64,000 bases of DNA. It comes from an uncultured cyanobacterium. Lineage in GTDB: Bacteria; Cyanobacteriota; Cyanobacteriia; Cyanobacteriales; CAWUOF01. A program made the position numbers and the translations under genes. The number at the start of each line of letters is the position of its first letter. Positions within the stretch are counted from its first letter, which is position 1. Positions 19,926-30,554 of the stretch are shown piece after piece. The notes under the pieces are model-generated. The model made no database searches and had not been told where the DNA came from. It saw nothing but the letters and a program-made list of their open reading frames with translations. The DNA lies in NCBI GenBank assembly GCA_963744145.1, contig CAVUSO010000001.1:1120001-1184000 (forward strand), given 5' to 3'.

Positions 19926-22313
19926 ATGGCAAAAGAAGCAGATAAAAATTTTCTCCAGGTAGAAGAGTCCAACCCTCAAACTTTAATCCCAAAGCCGATC
20001 GATAGCGACCAATTAGCCGCACAGCGACAAGAAACTTTAATCCAAATTCGTCAGAGTTTAAGAGCGGGACAACAGCAAATGGCTGATTGGCGCGGTGGAC
20101 CACTGGCAGTTTCCGCAGTTCCGGGTGCGGGTAAATCTACAGGAATGGCAGCAGCAGCAGCGATCGCGATCGCCCATTATCAGTTACGGGCTCGTCGTCA
20201 ATTAATTGTTGTTACCTTTACTCGTTCAGCCGCAGCTAATATTAAAACCAAAATTCGCAACTATCTGCAAGAATTATCTTTACCTCAAAGTGGATTTTTT
20301 GTCAATACTTTACATGGAATGGCCTTACATATTGCTAGTCGTTATCCAGATTTATCTGGTTTCAATTGGCAAAATATTACCCTAGTTTCTCCTCATCAAG
20401 GTCATCGATTAATTCGCAATTGTGTTGAACAATGGATTGCTGCTAATCCACAACGGTATCAAGTTTTATTAGAAGGAAGACAATTTGATGGAGAAGAAAC
20501 GGAAAGATTGCGTCGTCAATCAGTTTTGCGAACTGAAGTATTACCAAATTTGGCTTATCTAGTTATTCACGAAGCCAAATCTTCTGGTTATTCCCCAACC
20601 GATTTATGGGAATTAAGCCAAAATACTAGGGATAATTATGAGATTTTAGCGATCGCTTCTGGACTATATCAAAATTATGAAAAAATTCTGCGATCGCGAG
20701 ATTTAATTGATTATGATGATATGATCTTAGGAGCTTTAAGAGTATTAGAGAATAAGTATGCGCGATCGCAATGGCAAAATCAAGTTTTTGCAGTGTTTGA
20801 AGATGAAGCTCAAGACTCGACACCCCTCCAAGCTAAATTATTAGAAATTCTTGCGACTGATGCTCATGATCCTGATCTTCCTCCCAATTTAATCCGAGTC
20901 GGTGATCCTAATCAAGCAATTAACTCGACTTTTACTCCTGCTGATCCGATTTATTTCCGGGACTTTTGTGATCAATGTGACCAAATCGGACTTTTAGCAA
21001 CCATCGATCGAGCTGGTCGTAGCACCCAAATAATTATTGATGCAGCTAACTTTGTATTAGAATGGGTAAATCGTACCTATATCAGAGCCGAAAATCATCA
21101 TGCAGAATCAAGCACACCGTTTCGGTCCCAAACCATCTATCCTGTAGCTCCAGGAGATCCTCAAATTGATGCTAATCCAGCACCAGAAGGAATGGGATTA
21201 GAAATTTATACTCCTAATAATATTTACCAAACTGTAGAATTAATTGGTGAGCGGATCATCAATTTATTTACTAAAAATCCTACGGGAAAAGCAGCAATTT
21301 TAGTCAGGGAGAATAAACAAGGACGCTTCATTGCTGAGGTATTAACCAATCCGAATTATTATCATATTAACGTTAACTTAGAGGAATATAAAATCCCAAT
21401 TTATGATGTGAGCGATCGAGAAAGACGCTCACAAGTACCTGGAGAAATATTGGCTTTACTTCAATTTATCGATCGCCCCCATTCTCCAGACTTAGTTAAA
21501 GCAGCACTAACAGTTTTAGTCAATCGTCAACTCATCCCTACTCAAGACCTAAATACTCTCTCAATTCAACCAGAAGAATTCCTTTATCCCGGACCGTTAG
21601 AAGCACAACAAACCGAAGCAATGAGCAAAGCACGTCGATTTTGTTGCAGTTTGCTTGATGCTCATTTAGAATTACCAATTTATGATTTAATTAGTTTTTT
21701 AGCATTAACCTTAAAATACGATCGAGACGAACTAGCAACAGCAGATAAATTATCAGAGAGAATCTATCTACAAGCTGCGATCGATTTTTCCATGACCAAT
21801 ATTTTAGCAATTTTGAGCGAAATCGTTAATTCGGAAAGATTTGAACCAGTAGATTCCGAGGAAAATTCTGAATCCTTATATACCAAACCCCATCAACTGA
21901 CAATCATCACCATGCACAAAGCTAAAGGACTAGATTGGGATTATGTGTTTCTACCCTTTTTACACGAGCAAACCATACCCGGTAACTTACGAGTACCTCC
22001 CCAAACTCAATTTTTAGGTAATTTTACTCTAGCAGAAGTAGCTCGTGCCCAAATTCGAGCTAGCTTACATCAACAACCAATCCCCGATCTAGCAAGTGCT
22101 TGGGAAGAAGCAGGATATTTAAAAACAGCAGAAGAATTCCGTTTACTATATGTAGCAATGACCAGAGCTAAACGGTTATTATGGCTCTCAGCGGAACAAC
22201 AGGCTCCTTTTACTTGGAATAAACCAGAAAACACTCAACCACAAACCCCTTCACCGATTATACCAGCTTTAAAAGCTAGATTTCCCGCATCAGTAATTGA
22301 ACCAAAAAATTAG
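19926..22313 (+). CDS. UvrD/REP-family ATP-dependent helicase
   Basis: AVPGAGKS, VVTFTRSAA, FEDEAQD, VGDPNQAI, TMHKAKGLDWD, RLLYVAMTRAK; the upstream ORF extension lies in the MITE. Confidence 0.92.
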   Translation: MAKEADKNFLQVEESNPQTLIPKPIDSDQLAAQRQETLIQIRQSLRAGQQQMADWRGGPLAVSAVPGAGKSTGMAAAAAIAIAHYQLRARRQLIVVTFTRSAAANIKTKIRNYLQELSLPQSGFFVNTLHGMALHIASRYPDLSGFNWQNITLVSPHQGHRLIRNCVEQWIAANPQRYQVLLEGRQFDGEETERLRRQSVLRTEVLPNLAYLVIHEAKSSGYSPTDLWELSQNTRDNYEILAIASGLYQNYEKILRSRDLIDYDDMILGALRVLENKYARSQWQNQVFAVFEDEAQDSTPLQAKLLEILATDAHDPDLPPNLIRVGDPNQAINSTFTPADPIYFRDFCDQCDQIGLLATIDRAGRSTQIIIDAANFVLEWVNRTYIRAENHHAESSTPFRSQTIYPVAPGDPQIDANPAPEGMGLEIYTPNNIYQTVELIGERIINLFTKNPTGKAAILVRENKQGRFIAEVLTNPNYYHINVNLEEYKIPIYDVSDRERRSQVPGEILALLQFIDRPHSPDLVKAALTVLVNRQLIPTQDLNTLSIQPEEFLYPGPLEAQQTEAMSKARRFCCSLLDAHLELPIYDLISFLALTLKYDRDELATADKLSERIYLQAAIDFSMTNILAILSEIVNSERFEPVDSEENSESLYTKPHQLTIITMHKAKGLDWDYVFLPFLHEQTIPGNLRVPPQTQFLGNFTLAEVARAQIRASLHQQPIPDLASAWEEAGYLKTAEEFRLLYVAMTRAKRLLWLSAEQQAPFTWNKPENTQPQTPSPIIPALKARFPASVIEPKN

Positions 22314-22406
22314 TTGTTGATCTTAGCAATATTGTTTACAACTAGAGAAGTTCAACTACATACCTGGAAATTCGGTCCAACTAGGTAGCTTTTAAAGACC
22401 TCTGAC

Positions 22407-22444
22407 AAAAAATAACTAGGACAGACCAGATGTCTGTCCCACAA
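22407..22444. repeat. REP-like hairpin of the GGACAG-C-AGATG-CTGTCCCAC family
   Basis: AAAAATAACTAGGACAGACCAGATGTCTGTCCCACAA; same 5' context as 15146-15179. Confidence 0.8.
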
Positions 22445-22493
22445 TAGCCAAAAAAATTAGATAATTACATCAACCTCTGTTGAATTTGATCTT

Positions 22494-23312
22494 GTGTCCA
22501 TTCGCTTAAAGACCTTACCTCCCTGGACTTTTCTATCTCTCATCACTAATGGAATTCTCCTCCTGACAGTGATGCTACTATTACTGCGGGATTATCGTTT
22601 ACCAGAAGATGGAAGTGCATCAGCTAATGAATCGAAACAAGGAAATCATCTGGCCCATTTGGCAACAGAGTTAGGCCCGCGACACCAATTAAGTTATGAT
22701 CAATGGTTAAGTTTACTCAGACGTGAAGCTCTCGTGGTAGCTAAAAAACAGCCCGATCACTTAACTATTCTCGCTGGTGATTCCTTAAGTTTGTGGTTTG
22801 GACCAGATTTATTACCGACGGGACGCACTTGGCTCAATCAAGGAATTTCTGGAGAAACTTCTGGGGGATTATTACACAGGTTACAACTATTTGACCAAAC
22901 TCAGCCCCAGACAATTTGGGTGATGATTGGGATTAATGACTTGATCCGTGGGGTAAAGGATGAGGTGATTTTGGACAATCAACGGGAAATTATTCGCTAT
23001 TTACGTCGAAATCATCCCCAAACTGAAATTGTGATGCAATCGATTTTACCTCATGCGGGTTCTCAAGCTACTTGGGAAGGTCGCGATCGCTTACGTTCGA
23101 TCGCTAATAGTCGCATCCGGGAACTGAATCGACAATTAGCAGCGATCGCGAACCAAGAAGGAGCCTATTATTTAGATTTACATCCCCTCTTTACCGATGC
23201 TCAAGGTCAATTACGCTCTGATTTAACTACAGATGGTTTGCATCTTAACCCTCAAGGTTATTTAGTTTGGCGATCGGCGATTCAGGTATTTAGTCAATTA
23301 AAGTTGCAGTAG
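22494..23312 (+). CDS. SGNH/GDSL hydrolase
   Basis: GDSLS, NQGISGET, MIGINDL, DGLHLN blocks; N-terminal TM. Confidence 0.92.
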   Translation: MSIRLKTLPPWTFLSLITNGILLLTVMLLLLRDYRLPEDGSASANESKQGNHLAHLATELGPRHQLSYDQWLSLLRREALVVAKKQPDHLTILAGDSLSLWFGPDLLPTGRTWLNQGISGETSGGLLHRLQLFDQTQPQTIWVMIGINDLIRGVKDEVILDNQREIIRYLRRNHPQTEIVMQSILPHAGSQATWEGRDRLRSIANSRIRELNRQLAAIANQEGAYYLDLHPLFTDAQGQLRSDLTTDGLHLNPQGYLVWRSAIQVFSQLKLQ

Positions 23313-23374
23313 GGATATATTTCTGTAGGGACGTATAGTAATCTGTAGGGGCGTATTGCAATACGCCCCTACAG
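23309..23374. repeat. GTAG-type REP palindrome preceded by two decayed half-units
   Basis: CTGTAGGGGCGTATTGCAATACGCCCCTACAG (23343-23374, perfect); half-units at 23309 and 23325. Confidence 0.88.
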
Positions 23375-23420
23375 TCCTATGATAGAGAAAATTAAGCTAG
23401 GGTCTGGGAGACACAATTTC

Positions 23421-24620
23421 ATGGATACAAAAACTTTTAAGCGATCGCTACAACAATCAGACAACTACCATCGGAAAGGATTTGGACACGCAGCTGAAGT
23501 TGCAGGTGTCCTCCAGTCAGCTTATCAAAGCAATTTAATTCAGCAAATTCGGGACAATAACTATACTTTATCTAGTCAAAATGTTACCATTCGCCTCGCG
23601 GAAGCTTTTGGGTTTTGTTGGGGAGTAGAAAGAGCCGTCGCGATCGCTTATGAGACTCGTCAGCATTTTCCCACTGAACGGATTTGGATTACTAATGAAA
23701 TTATTCATAATCCTTCCGTCAATCAGCACTTGCTCAATATGCAGGTTCAATTCATTCCCGCAGTTAATGGCACCAAAGACTTTTCTTTAATTGACAGTGG
23801 TGATGTAGTGATCTTACCAGCTTTCGGTGCAACTGTGCAAGAAATGCAGTTATTGAATGATAAACAATGCAAAATTGTTGATACTACTTGTCCGTGGGTA
23901 TCAAAAGTTTGGAATAGTGTGGAAAAACATAAAAAAGGCGATTATACTTCAATTATTCATGGTAAGTATAACCACGAAGAAACCTTAGCTACCAGTTCCT
24001 TTGCGACTAAATATTTAATCGTACTTAATTTAGCTGAATCTGAATATGTCGCCAATTATATTTTACATGGTGGCGATCGCGAAGAATTTCTGGCTAAATT
24101 CAGCAAAGCTCATTCAGTTGGTTTCAATCCTGATACCGATTTAACTCAAATTGGGATTGCTAATCAAACCACCATGCTGAAAACAGAAACTGAGCAAATT
24201 GGTAAGTTATTTGAACGAACCATGCTCAAAAAATACGGTCCTAGGGATTTAAACCAACATTTTCTAGCATTTAATACGATCTGTGATGCTACCCAGGAAC
24301 GACAAGATGCTATGTTGAAATTAGTGCATGAAGATCTAGATTTAATCGTAGTTATTGGTGGATTCAATTCTTCTAATACCACCCATCTGCAAGAAATCGC
24401 TATTGAGCATAAAATTCCATCTTATCATATTGACTGTGCCGAAAGAATTTTACCAGATAATCGGATTGAACATAAACCTCTCAATCAGCAATTAACCATC
24501 CAAGAAAATTGGCTCCCTGATGGCGAAATTGTTGTGGGAATTACTTCTGGAGCTTCAACTCCAGATAAGGTAGTAGAAGATACCATTGCCAAGATTTTTG
24601 CGCTAAAAGCAATTCACTGA
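23421..24620 (+). CDS. ispH: 4-hydroxy-3-methylbut-2-enyl diphosphate reductase
   Basis: [41 protein letters not shown]. Confidence 0.97.
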   Translation: MDTKTFKRSLQQSDNYHRKGFGHAAEVAGVLQSAYQSNLIQQIRDNNYTLSSQNVTIRLAEAFGFCWGVERAVAIAYETRQHFPTERIWITNEIIHNPSVNQHLLNMQVQFIPAVNGTKDFSLIDSGDVVILPAFGATVQEMQLLNDKQCKIVDTTCPWVSKVWNSVEKHKKGDYTSIIHGKYNHEETLATSSFATKYLIVLNLAESEYVANYILHGGDREEFLAKFSKAHSVGFNPDTDLTQIGIANQTTMLKTETEQIGKLFERTMLKKYGPRDLNQHFLAFNTICDATQERQDAMLKLVHEDLDLIVVIGGFNSSNTTHLQEIAIEHKIPSYHIDCAERILPDNRIEHKPLNQQLTIQENWLPDGEIVVGITSGASTPDKVVEDTIAKIFALKAIH

Positions 24621-24625
24621 AGTTA

Positions 24626-25048
24626 CTAATCTATTCTAATCTTACAAAACCCTAACAAATGACGAGTCCATTCAGCTGCGAGGGGAATTTCTGTAAAAGG
24701 AATATGCACCACAGCAGCTGAATCATTAAATAAGAATTCTAACCTAATCACACGCCCTTTAGGAGGTGGTTGATCTAAATCAACTGCTTGATCATCGACT
24801 AACAGACGTAGCGATCGCACATCCAGGAGGGAAAAACTAGCTAAATTAATTGGGCCTTTACGAGTGGGCTTTCCCCAAGTTAAATCATGACCATTTTGAC
24901 CTAGCACCGCATAAATATCATATTTAGCGCGGGAGAACTGTTTTGCCCAAACTCGATAAGCTTCAACTTTTTGATATTCATTCCAACCTGCCCAAGCTAA
25001 CCAGATAAAAACTGCTAGCAAGGGTAACCAAAACAAACCTCTTTCCAT
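24626..25048 (-). CDS. Conserved cyanobacterial membrane-anchored hypothetical protein
   Basis: MERGLFWLPLLAVFIWLAWAGWNEYQKVEAY...AKYDIYAVLG. Confidence 0.8.
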   Translation of the reverse strand: MERGLFWLPLLAVFIWLAWAGWNEYQKVEAYRVWAKQFSRAKYDIYAVLGQNGHDLTWGKPTRKGPINLASFSLLDVRSLRLLVDDQAVDLDQPPPKGRVIRLEFLFNDSAAVVHIPFTEIPLAAEWTRHLLGFCKIRID

Positions 25049-25163
25049 TATCAATATTACCTAACAACCAAAATACAAACTGTCTATAGCGAGTAACATC
25101 ACCTTTAATCAGATTAAGCTATCGTGGTGAAAGAAGAGGCAATCTTAGCTTAAGTAGATAATT

Positions 25164-27011
25164 ATGAAAAAATTTTTCTGGTTTTGCCTGTTTTTCATTG
25201 GCCTATTTTGGGTGTTATCTAGCTTCAAAGGGCTAGCAGACCAAGGAGAATTTCAAACCATTGTCCTAGACTTTCGGGAAAATATCCCGGTCACCCAGAT
25301 CGAGGCGAGCGTGCGATCGCTTGATCAAAACTATCGCGTCGAACCACATCCCAACAGTATTTTTTCGGGTAAAGACCATATATACATTATCAAAGGCGAT
25401 CGCCAGTTATTGGCAAACCTGAAAAAATCCGACCTAGCCAAATATACAGAAATTATCGAGCCTAATTATATCTACGGAGTACCAGAACCAAACAAACCCC
25501 AGGCCCAACTGTCAACGGTCAGCCCAAGTAGCTCGACTAACGGGGCGATCGGGACAGTAAACGGACCGAATGATCCTCTCTATAGTAAACAGTGGAATCT
25601 GCATAACATTAACATTCAATCAGCCTGGCACGAAACCAAAGGCGATGGAGTCACTGTAGCTGTAATTGATACTGGGGTGACCCAGGTGCCAGACCTGAAA
25701 GAAACTAAAATCGTTCCTGGCTATGACTTTGTAAATGATCAAGTATCCGCAACAGATGACAATGGTCATGGCACCCATGTCGCGGGAACAATTGCCCAAT
25801 CAACCAATAACAATTATGGCGTAGCAGGGGTAGCCTACGAAGCCAAAATTATGCCCTTAAAAGTCTTGAGTGCTAGTGGGGGCGGGACAATTGCCGATAT
25901 TGCCGAAGCGATCCGTTTTGCTGCGGACAATGGTGCTGATGTGATTAACCTCAGCTTAGGTGGTTCAGGAGAAAGCCAGTTAATGGAAGAAGCGATCAAC
26001 TATGCCCATCAAAAAGGAGTAGTCATCATCGCTGCTGCTGGTAACTCTAACCAAAATGCCGCAGGTTATCCCGCTCGTTATCCCCGAGTCTTGGGTGTAG
26101 CTGCTTTAGATGCTGCTGGGAAGAAAGCAGTTTATTCAAATTTTGGTGCTGGTGTGGATTTAGCTGCTCCTGGTGGCGATACTAGTGTCAGTGACGCGGG
26201 TGGAATTCTCCAAAATACGATCGACCCAGCACAAGGTACAGCGATCTTTGCCGCGTATCAAGGTACAAGTATGGCTTCTCCCCATGTCGCTGGAGTAGCA
26301 GCCATGATCAAAGCAGTTGGAGTCAGTGATCCTAATACCGTCGTCGATATCCTCAAACAATCAGCCAGAACAGTTGTTGAAGATCCCCTCAATCACTATG
26401 GAGCTGGTCAGCTAAATGCTGGAGATGCAGTTCAACTAGCTCTACGCGGTAAACTTACCTTTACCGACTTTTTCCGTTGGTTGCGAGATAATGGTTATCT
26501 CAATCCTCATTTTTGGATTGATGGTGGTGCGATCGCCCTGTTACCGAAAATTGCGATGGTACTTGGCTCCTATCTGCTCGCTTGGTTTTTACGGAATTAT
26601 TTACCCTTCTCTTGGAGTTGGTCTTTAGTTAGTGGATTAGTAGTTGGTAGTAGTGGGTTATTCCCTTTACGTGCTCTCTATGTATTTGATCTACCTCAGT
26701 GGTCATTTCGGGTCATGGGTAGTTCAATCCCCGAACTAGGTACTGCTATTCAAGGAAGTCACCTTCTTAATCCAATTTTTGCCAGCATATTGATCCCCTT
26801 GCTCCTGGTAACTTTGTTATTAGGACATCCAAGCTGGAAATGGTTTGCGATCGGTTCGACTCTTGGTGTTGCTAGTTGTCTAGCTGTGAGTGCTGTCATC
26901 TCACCATCTTTATTATGGTTAGGTGACGATTGGTTAGCTCGCATTTTTCTAGCAGTTAATGCTTTACTTTGTTTCGCTTTGGCTCGTTTAGCTAGCAAAG
27001 GAGAAAAGTAG
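25164..27011 (+). CDS. S8 peptidase with C-terminal membrane domain (DUF5942-like)
   Basis: VAVIDTG, HGTHVAGT, GTSMASPHVAG; hydrophobic C-terminus. Confidence 0.92.
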   Translation: MKKFFWFCLFFIGLFWVLSSFKGLADQGEFQTIVLDFRENIPVTQIEASVRSLDQNYRVEPHPNSIFSGKDHIYIIKGDRQLLANLKKSDLAKYTEIIEPNYIYGVPEPNKPQAQLSTVSPSSSTNGAIGTVNGPNDPLYSKQWNLHNINIQSAWHETKGDGVTVAVIDTGVTQVPDLKETKIVPGYDFVNDQVSATDDNGHGTHVAGTIAQSTNNNYGVAGVAYEAKIMPLKVLSASGGGTIADIAEAIRFAADNGADVINLSLGGSGESQLMEEAINYAHQKGVVIIAAAGNSNQNAAGYPARYPRVLGVAALDAAGKKAVYSNFGAGVDLAAPGGDTSVSDAGGILQNTIDPAQGTAIFAAYQGTSMASPHVAGVAAMIKAVGVSDPNTVVDILKQSARTVVEDPLNHYGAGQLNAGDAVQLALRGKLTFTDFFRWLRDNGYLNPHFWIDGGAIALLPKIAMVLGSYLLAWFLRNYLPFSWSWSLVSGLVVGSSGLFPLRALYVFDLPQWSFRVMGSSIPELGTAIQGSHLLNPIFASILIPLLLVTLLLGHPSWKWFAIGSTLGVASCLAVSAVISPSLLWLGDDWLARIFLAVNALLCFALARLASKGEK

Positions 27012-27012
27012 C

Positions 27013-27246
27013 ATGAGCATCACGGTTGATGGCATGATTAAACGGATCGGTATGGGTTCAGGAACTTGGGCTTTAGTAGCAGATAATGGTGCATCTTATG
27101 AGTTAAATCAAGGCACACCAGAAGAGCTACTTAAAGCTGGTTTGAAAGTTAGAGTTGAAGGTCAGGTACGTGAAGATGTGATGACTTTTGCCATGATCGG
27201 TCCGGTTTTAGAAGTGAAAAGTTTTAACTTAATCGGTAATGATTAG
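27013..27246 (+). CDS. Small conserved OB-fold-like hypothetical protein
   Basis: GMGSGTWALV...VRVEGQVREDVMTFAMIGPVLEV; 1 bp after the protease stop. Confidence 0.8.
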   Translation: MSITVDGMIKRIGMGSGTWALVADNGASYELNQGTPEELLKAGLKVRVEGQVREDVMTFAMIGPVLEVKSFNLIGND

Positions 27247-27248
27247 AG

Positions 27249-27362
27249 TTTACCCGCTCGCGGAGTCGAAGAAGGGTGAAGCATTCGGATCTAATATTAC
27301 TAGTCTGATTGTTCAATTGTCGCTAAACATGCTTCACCCCTACACTTAACTGAACCGTATTA
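27249..27362. mobile_element. Remnant MITE: degenerate SDR, REP pair and one TIR
   Basis: TTTACCCGCTCGCGGAGTCGAAG, AGGGTGAAGCAT...ATGCTTCACCCCTAC, CTTAACTGAACCGTATTA. Confidence 0.55.
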
Positions 27363-27388
27363 GACAAGAACAAAAGTCAAAAATATTT

Positions 27389-27456
27389 GTTTGTAGTAAG
27401 GGCTGTCTTCCCTGGATTATTGAGCATGATTGGGACTCGCATTCCCTACTACAAAC
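27389..27456. repeat. REP-like inverted repeat
   Basis: GTTTGTAGTAAGG...CCCTACTACAAAC. Confidence 0.55.
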
Positions 27457-27715
27457 GATTTAATTGTGGCAGCACAAAAAAATGAGGTTTTCTAAAAAAC
27501 CTGCTTTCTAGTCTGATTAGTTAAAATAATAGTGAAGGTAATAAAGCCTCCGGATTTTTGACTAGCTCATTAGTAGCAATCAGTTATATATGCTTTTAGC
27601 AGCAATAGCACCGACAGATGAGAGATTTTTTCTCCATCTTGATTCAAGAACGATTGGTTGAAGTCTCCCAATTGCCAGAAAATATAAAACTTAATTTTAG
27701 GAATAGACGGAAGTT

Positions 27716-30178
27716 GTGACCCAAGAATTTCATATATCAGTGACCCCGGTTGGGGAAGACGAATATCTAATTCGTACAGAACGGGTAGCTCCAGGAGTAC
27801 CACTAGCTGAAGAAAAAGTAAAATGGCCCGTAGATCATTGGTTGCAACAAGCTCGTCAACTGATGGATGATCCATTGTTAGGTTTGCTCCGGGTTAATGA
27901 AGCTGATGATCCTGATCTGGAAAAACAGGACGATCGCCGTCACTCTGTTCTTAATTTAGTAGATTTAGGGCAAGAACTTTTTACTGGTTTATTCCAAGGG
28001 ACAATGCGGGATAGTTGGCTGATTGCCCAAGGAATTGCCCAGCATCGAGGTGACGGGTTACGACTACGGTTGGGACTCAAAGGACCCCGTTTAGCATTTT
28101 TACCTTGGGAGGTACTTTATCATTACGATCGCCCGATCGCCACAGGTGCAGATGTTCTATTTTCTCGGTATCAGCCTGGTACAGTGTTAATTACTCCTTC
28201 TAGAAGCGATCGTCAGAGCAATGAAAGCCAAAATTTGAAAATTTTAATGGTTTTAGCAGCTCCTACGGATCAAGAGTGTTTAGCACTCGAACGAGAAGCA
28301 AATCATCTGAAAGAGGAACTAGAAAGTCAGTCACCGAGTGGAACGAAAATTGAACTGTCGATTCTCTCTCAACCCGATCGAGAACAGCTTACTGATGCTC
28401 TAGAACAAGGACAATATCAAGTTTTTCACTATGCTGGTCACAGTAGTTTAGGTGCAGGTGGTGGTCAACTATATCTAGTGAGTCGAAAAACGGGTCTGAG
28501 TGAAACCGTCAGTGGTCATGACTTGGCTGGATTGCTAGCCAATAATGGAATTAAGTTGACTGTATTTAATTCTTGTCGAGGCGCTCATCATGGTTCTTCT
28601 GGTTTAACTAATGATACGGGAGAACGTAATCTCGCACAAGCCTTAGTCAAACGAGATATTCCAGCGGTACTAGCTATGGCTGAACGGATTCCGGATGATG
28701 TGGCGCTGACTTTATCACAACTATTTTATCGCAATATTAATAAAGGTTATTCTGTTGATCTCAGCTTAAGTCGGGCACGTCAGGGTTTGATTTCTGCTTA
28801 TGGTTCTAACCAGCTTTATTGGGCTTTACCGATTCTCTACCTTCATCCCGAATTTGATGGTTATTTAACTGCTCATCATCAGTCACATTACTCAAACGAA
28901 ATTCCCTTAGAAACAGGAGTAATTGGCCAAAATAGGTCGAAAAAATCACAGCGGCTATTATCGAATTTTCTACCTGTGAATCATGGTATGTTCTTAGATG
29001 ATCCTGATGCTTTGGATGAAATTGATCCAGAGAATTGGGATGATTTTGTTGATGATGTTGAGAGTGATGATCGGTCAGAAGACTCAGCTTTGGTGTCTGA
29101 TCTCCTCCGACAATTAGCGAATGAGCCAGCGGTGAATACTACTCCTACTCAACCCAATGATCAGCAAAAATTAGAATTGAATTCGGTTGGAGAAATCAGT
29201 AATGTTAATAGTCAAAGTTTCTCTAATCATAATGTCTCTGGATTAGTAAAAAATGACGCTGATTCTCATCAATATCCGGCTCATTTGACCGAGCATCAAA
29301 ATTATGCTAGTGCGAACAATTTTTTGGCTATTAATTGGCAGAAAAGTCGTCAAAAATTTCCGATAGTTTGGCCAGTTTTAGCAGCGTTAGCAGTTACCGG
29401 AATTGCTTTTTTGGGAACCTGGATTTGGAGTGGTAAAAATTTTCAAATAGAAGTGCCAGATGCTGATAAATCATCTTTAGCACCCACATCTGGTCAGTTA
29501 ACAGCTAAGGATTTTTTGAAAAATATAGATAATAAAACGATTACTACGATCGCAATTTCGGCTTTTAATCGTGGCGATTTAGCAACTGGACAACAAGCGA
29601 TCGAAGAATTGCTCAAACCCGAACGGGGAGGGTTAAAATATGCTAAGGAAGCTTTAACAGCTTTACCGAATCAAAAGGATACTCCCGTAATTAGCTTTTT
29701 GCGAGGTCGGTTAGCTTGGCAATCTGTGCAAGCTGGTGATGCTAATTTTAGCATTGATGATGCTCGACGTTATTGGGAAACAGCCATAAAAGGTGGCTCG
29801 AAACTGGCACTTTACTATAATGCTTTGGGCTTTGCTTATTATGCTGAAGGTAATTTAAAACAAGCAAATGAAGCTTGGTTTCAAGCTTTATATTTACATG
29901 AAGAAAAAAAAGCCAGTAATCATAATCTCGTCATGAGTACAGATGCTTTAACTTCTTATGCTGGGTTAGCGCTAGCATTTGTAAAAACTGCTCAAACTAA
30001 ATCTAATGATCAGAAAGTGCGGTTATTGAGTGAAGCGATTAAATTACGAGAAAAGGTAATGACAGATGACTCAAAAGATTTTCAACCTAACGCATTAAGT
30101 AAAAATTGGATGTGGAATGAAACTGCAATTAAAGACTGGCAATTGCTGCTCCAACGTGAAAAACCCACTTCCTCATGA
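27716..30178 (+). CDS. hetF: HetF-like CHAT (caspase-hemoglobinase) protease with TM and TPR region
   Basis: MTQEFHISVTPVGEDEYLIRTERVAPGVPLAEE, FHYAGH and FNSC dyad, YWALPILY, acidic linker, TM, C-terminal TPR-like helices. Confidence 0.85.
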   Translation: MTQEFHISVTPVGEDEYLIRTERVAPGVPLAEEKVKWPVDHWLQQARQLMDDPLLGLLRVNEADDPDLEKQDDRRHSVLNLVDLGQELFTGLFQGTMRDSWLIAQGIAQHRGDGLRLRLGLKGPRLAFLPWEVLYHYDRPIATGADVLFSRYQPGTVLITPSRSDRQSNESQNLKILMVLAAPTDQECLALEREANHLKEELESQSPSGTKIELSILSQPDREQLTDALEQGQYQVFHYAGHSSLGAGGGQLYLVSRKTGLSETVSGHDLAGLLANNGIKLTVFNSCRGAHHGSSGLTNDTGERNLAQALVKRDIPAVLAMAERIPDDVALTLSQLFYRNINKGYSVDLSLSRARQGLISAYGSNQLYWALPILYLHPEFDGYLTAHHQSHYSNEIPLETGVIGQNRSKKSQRLLSNFLPVNHGMFLDDPDALDEIDPENWDDFVDDVESDDRSEDSALVSDLLRQLANEPAVNTTPTQPNDQQKLELNSVGEISNVNSQSFSNHNVSGLVKNDADSHQYPAHLTEHQNYASANNFLAINWQKSRQKFPIVWPVLAALAVTGIAFLGTWIWSGKNFQIEVPDADKSSLAPTSGQLTAKDFLKNIDNKTITTIAISAFNRGDLATGQQAIEELLKPERGGLKYAKEALTALPNQKDTPVISFLRGRLAWQSVQAGDANFSIDDARRYWETAIKGGSKLALYYNALGFAYYAEGNLKQANEAWFQALYLHEEKKASNHNLVMSTDALTSYAGLALAFVKTAQTKSNDQKVRLLSEAIKLREKVMTDDSKDFQPNALSKNWMWNETAIKDWQLLLQREKPTSS

Positions 30179-30181
30179 AAA

Positions 30182-30496
30182 TTATCTGATTAATGCTCGC
30201 TGAATTAAGAAAGAGCCGAACACACAACACAGAGCGATCGCACCAAATAATTCTAATGGTAAAGGTGCGTCAATTTGTTCGACTACAAAACCGGGATTAG
30301 TTAAACCATTAAACGCGACGATCGCAATTGATATGAGGAGAATACATAAGAGGATGGGAAAAATTACCAGTGGTTTTTTCAACTGGTCAATTATTAATTT
30401 TAATGGTAACTGTTTTTTTTGGATTAATTGCGGTGATGCTACGGCAATATTTTTTAATTGACCAGGTTTAAGATTGATGCTGTTATTTTTTTGCAT
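30182..30496 (-). CDS. Small two-TM hypothetical protein
   Basis: GGAG RBS; two hydrophobic segments. Confidence 0.6.
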   Translation of the reverse strand: MQKNNSINLKPGQLKNIAVASPQLIQKKQLPLKLIIDQLKKPLVIFPILLCILLISIAIVAFNGLTNPGFVVEQIDAPLPLELFGAIALCCVFGSFLIQRALIR

Positions 30497-30554
30497 AGTT
30501 ACTCCATGTAAATAATCTCTCCTCCAATTAGTTCTACTCGTTCATCAACTCTTC

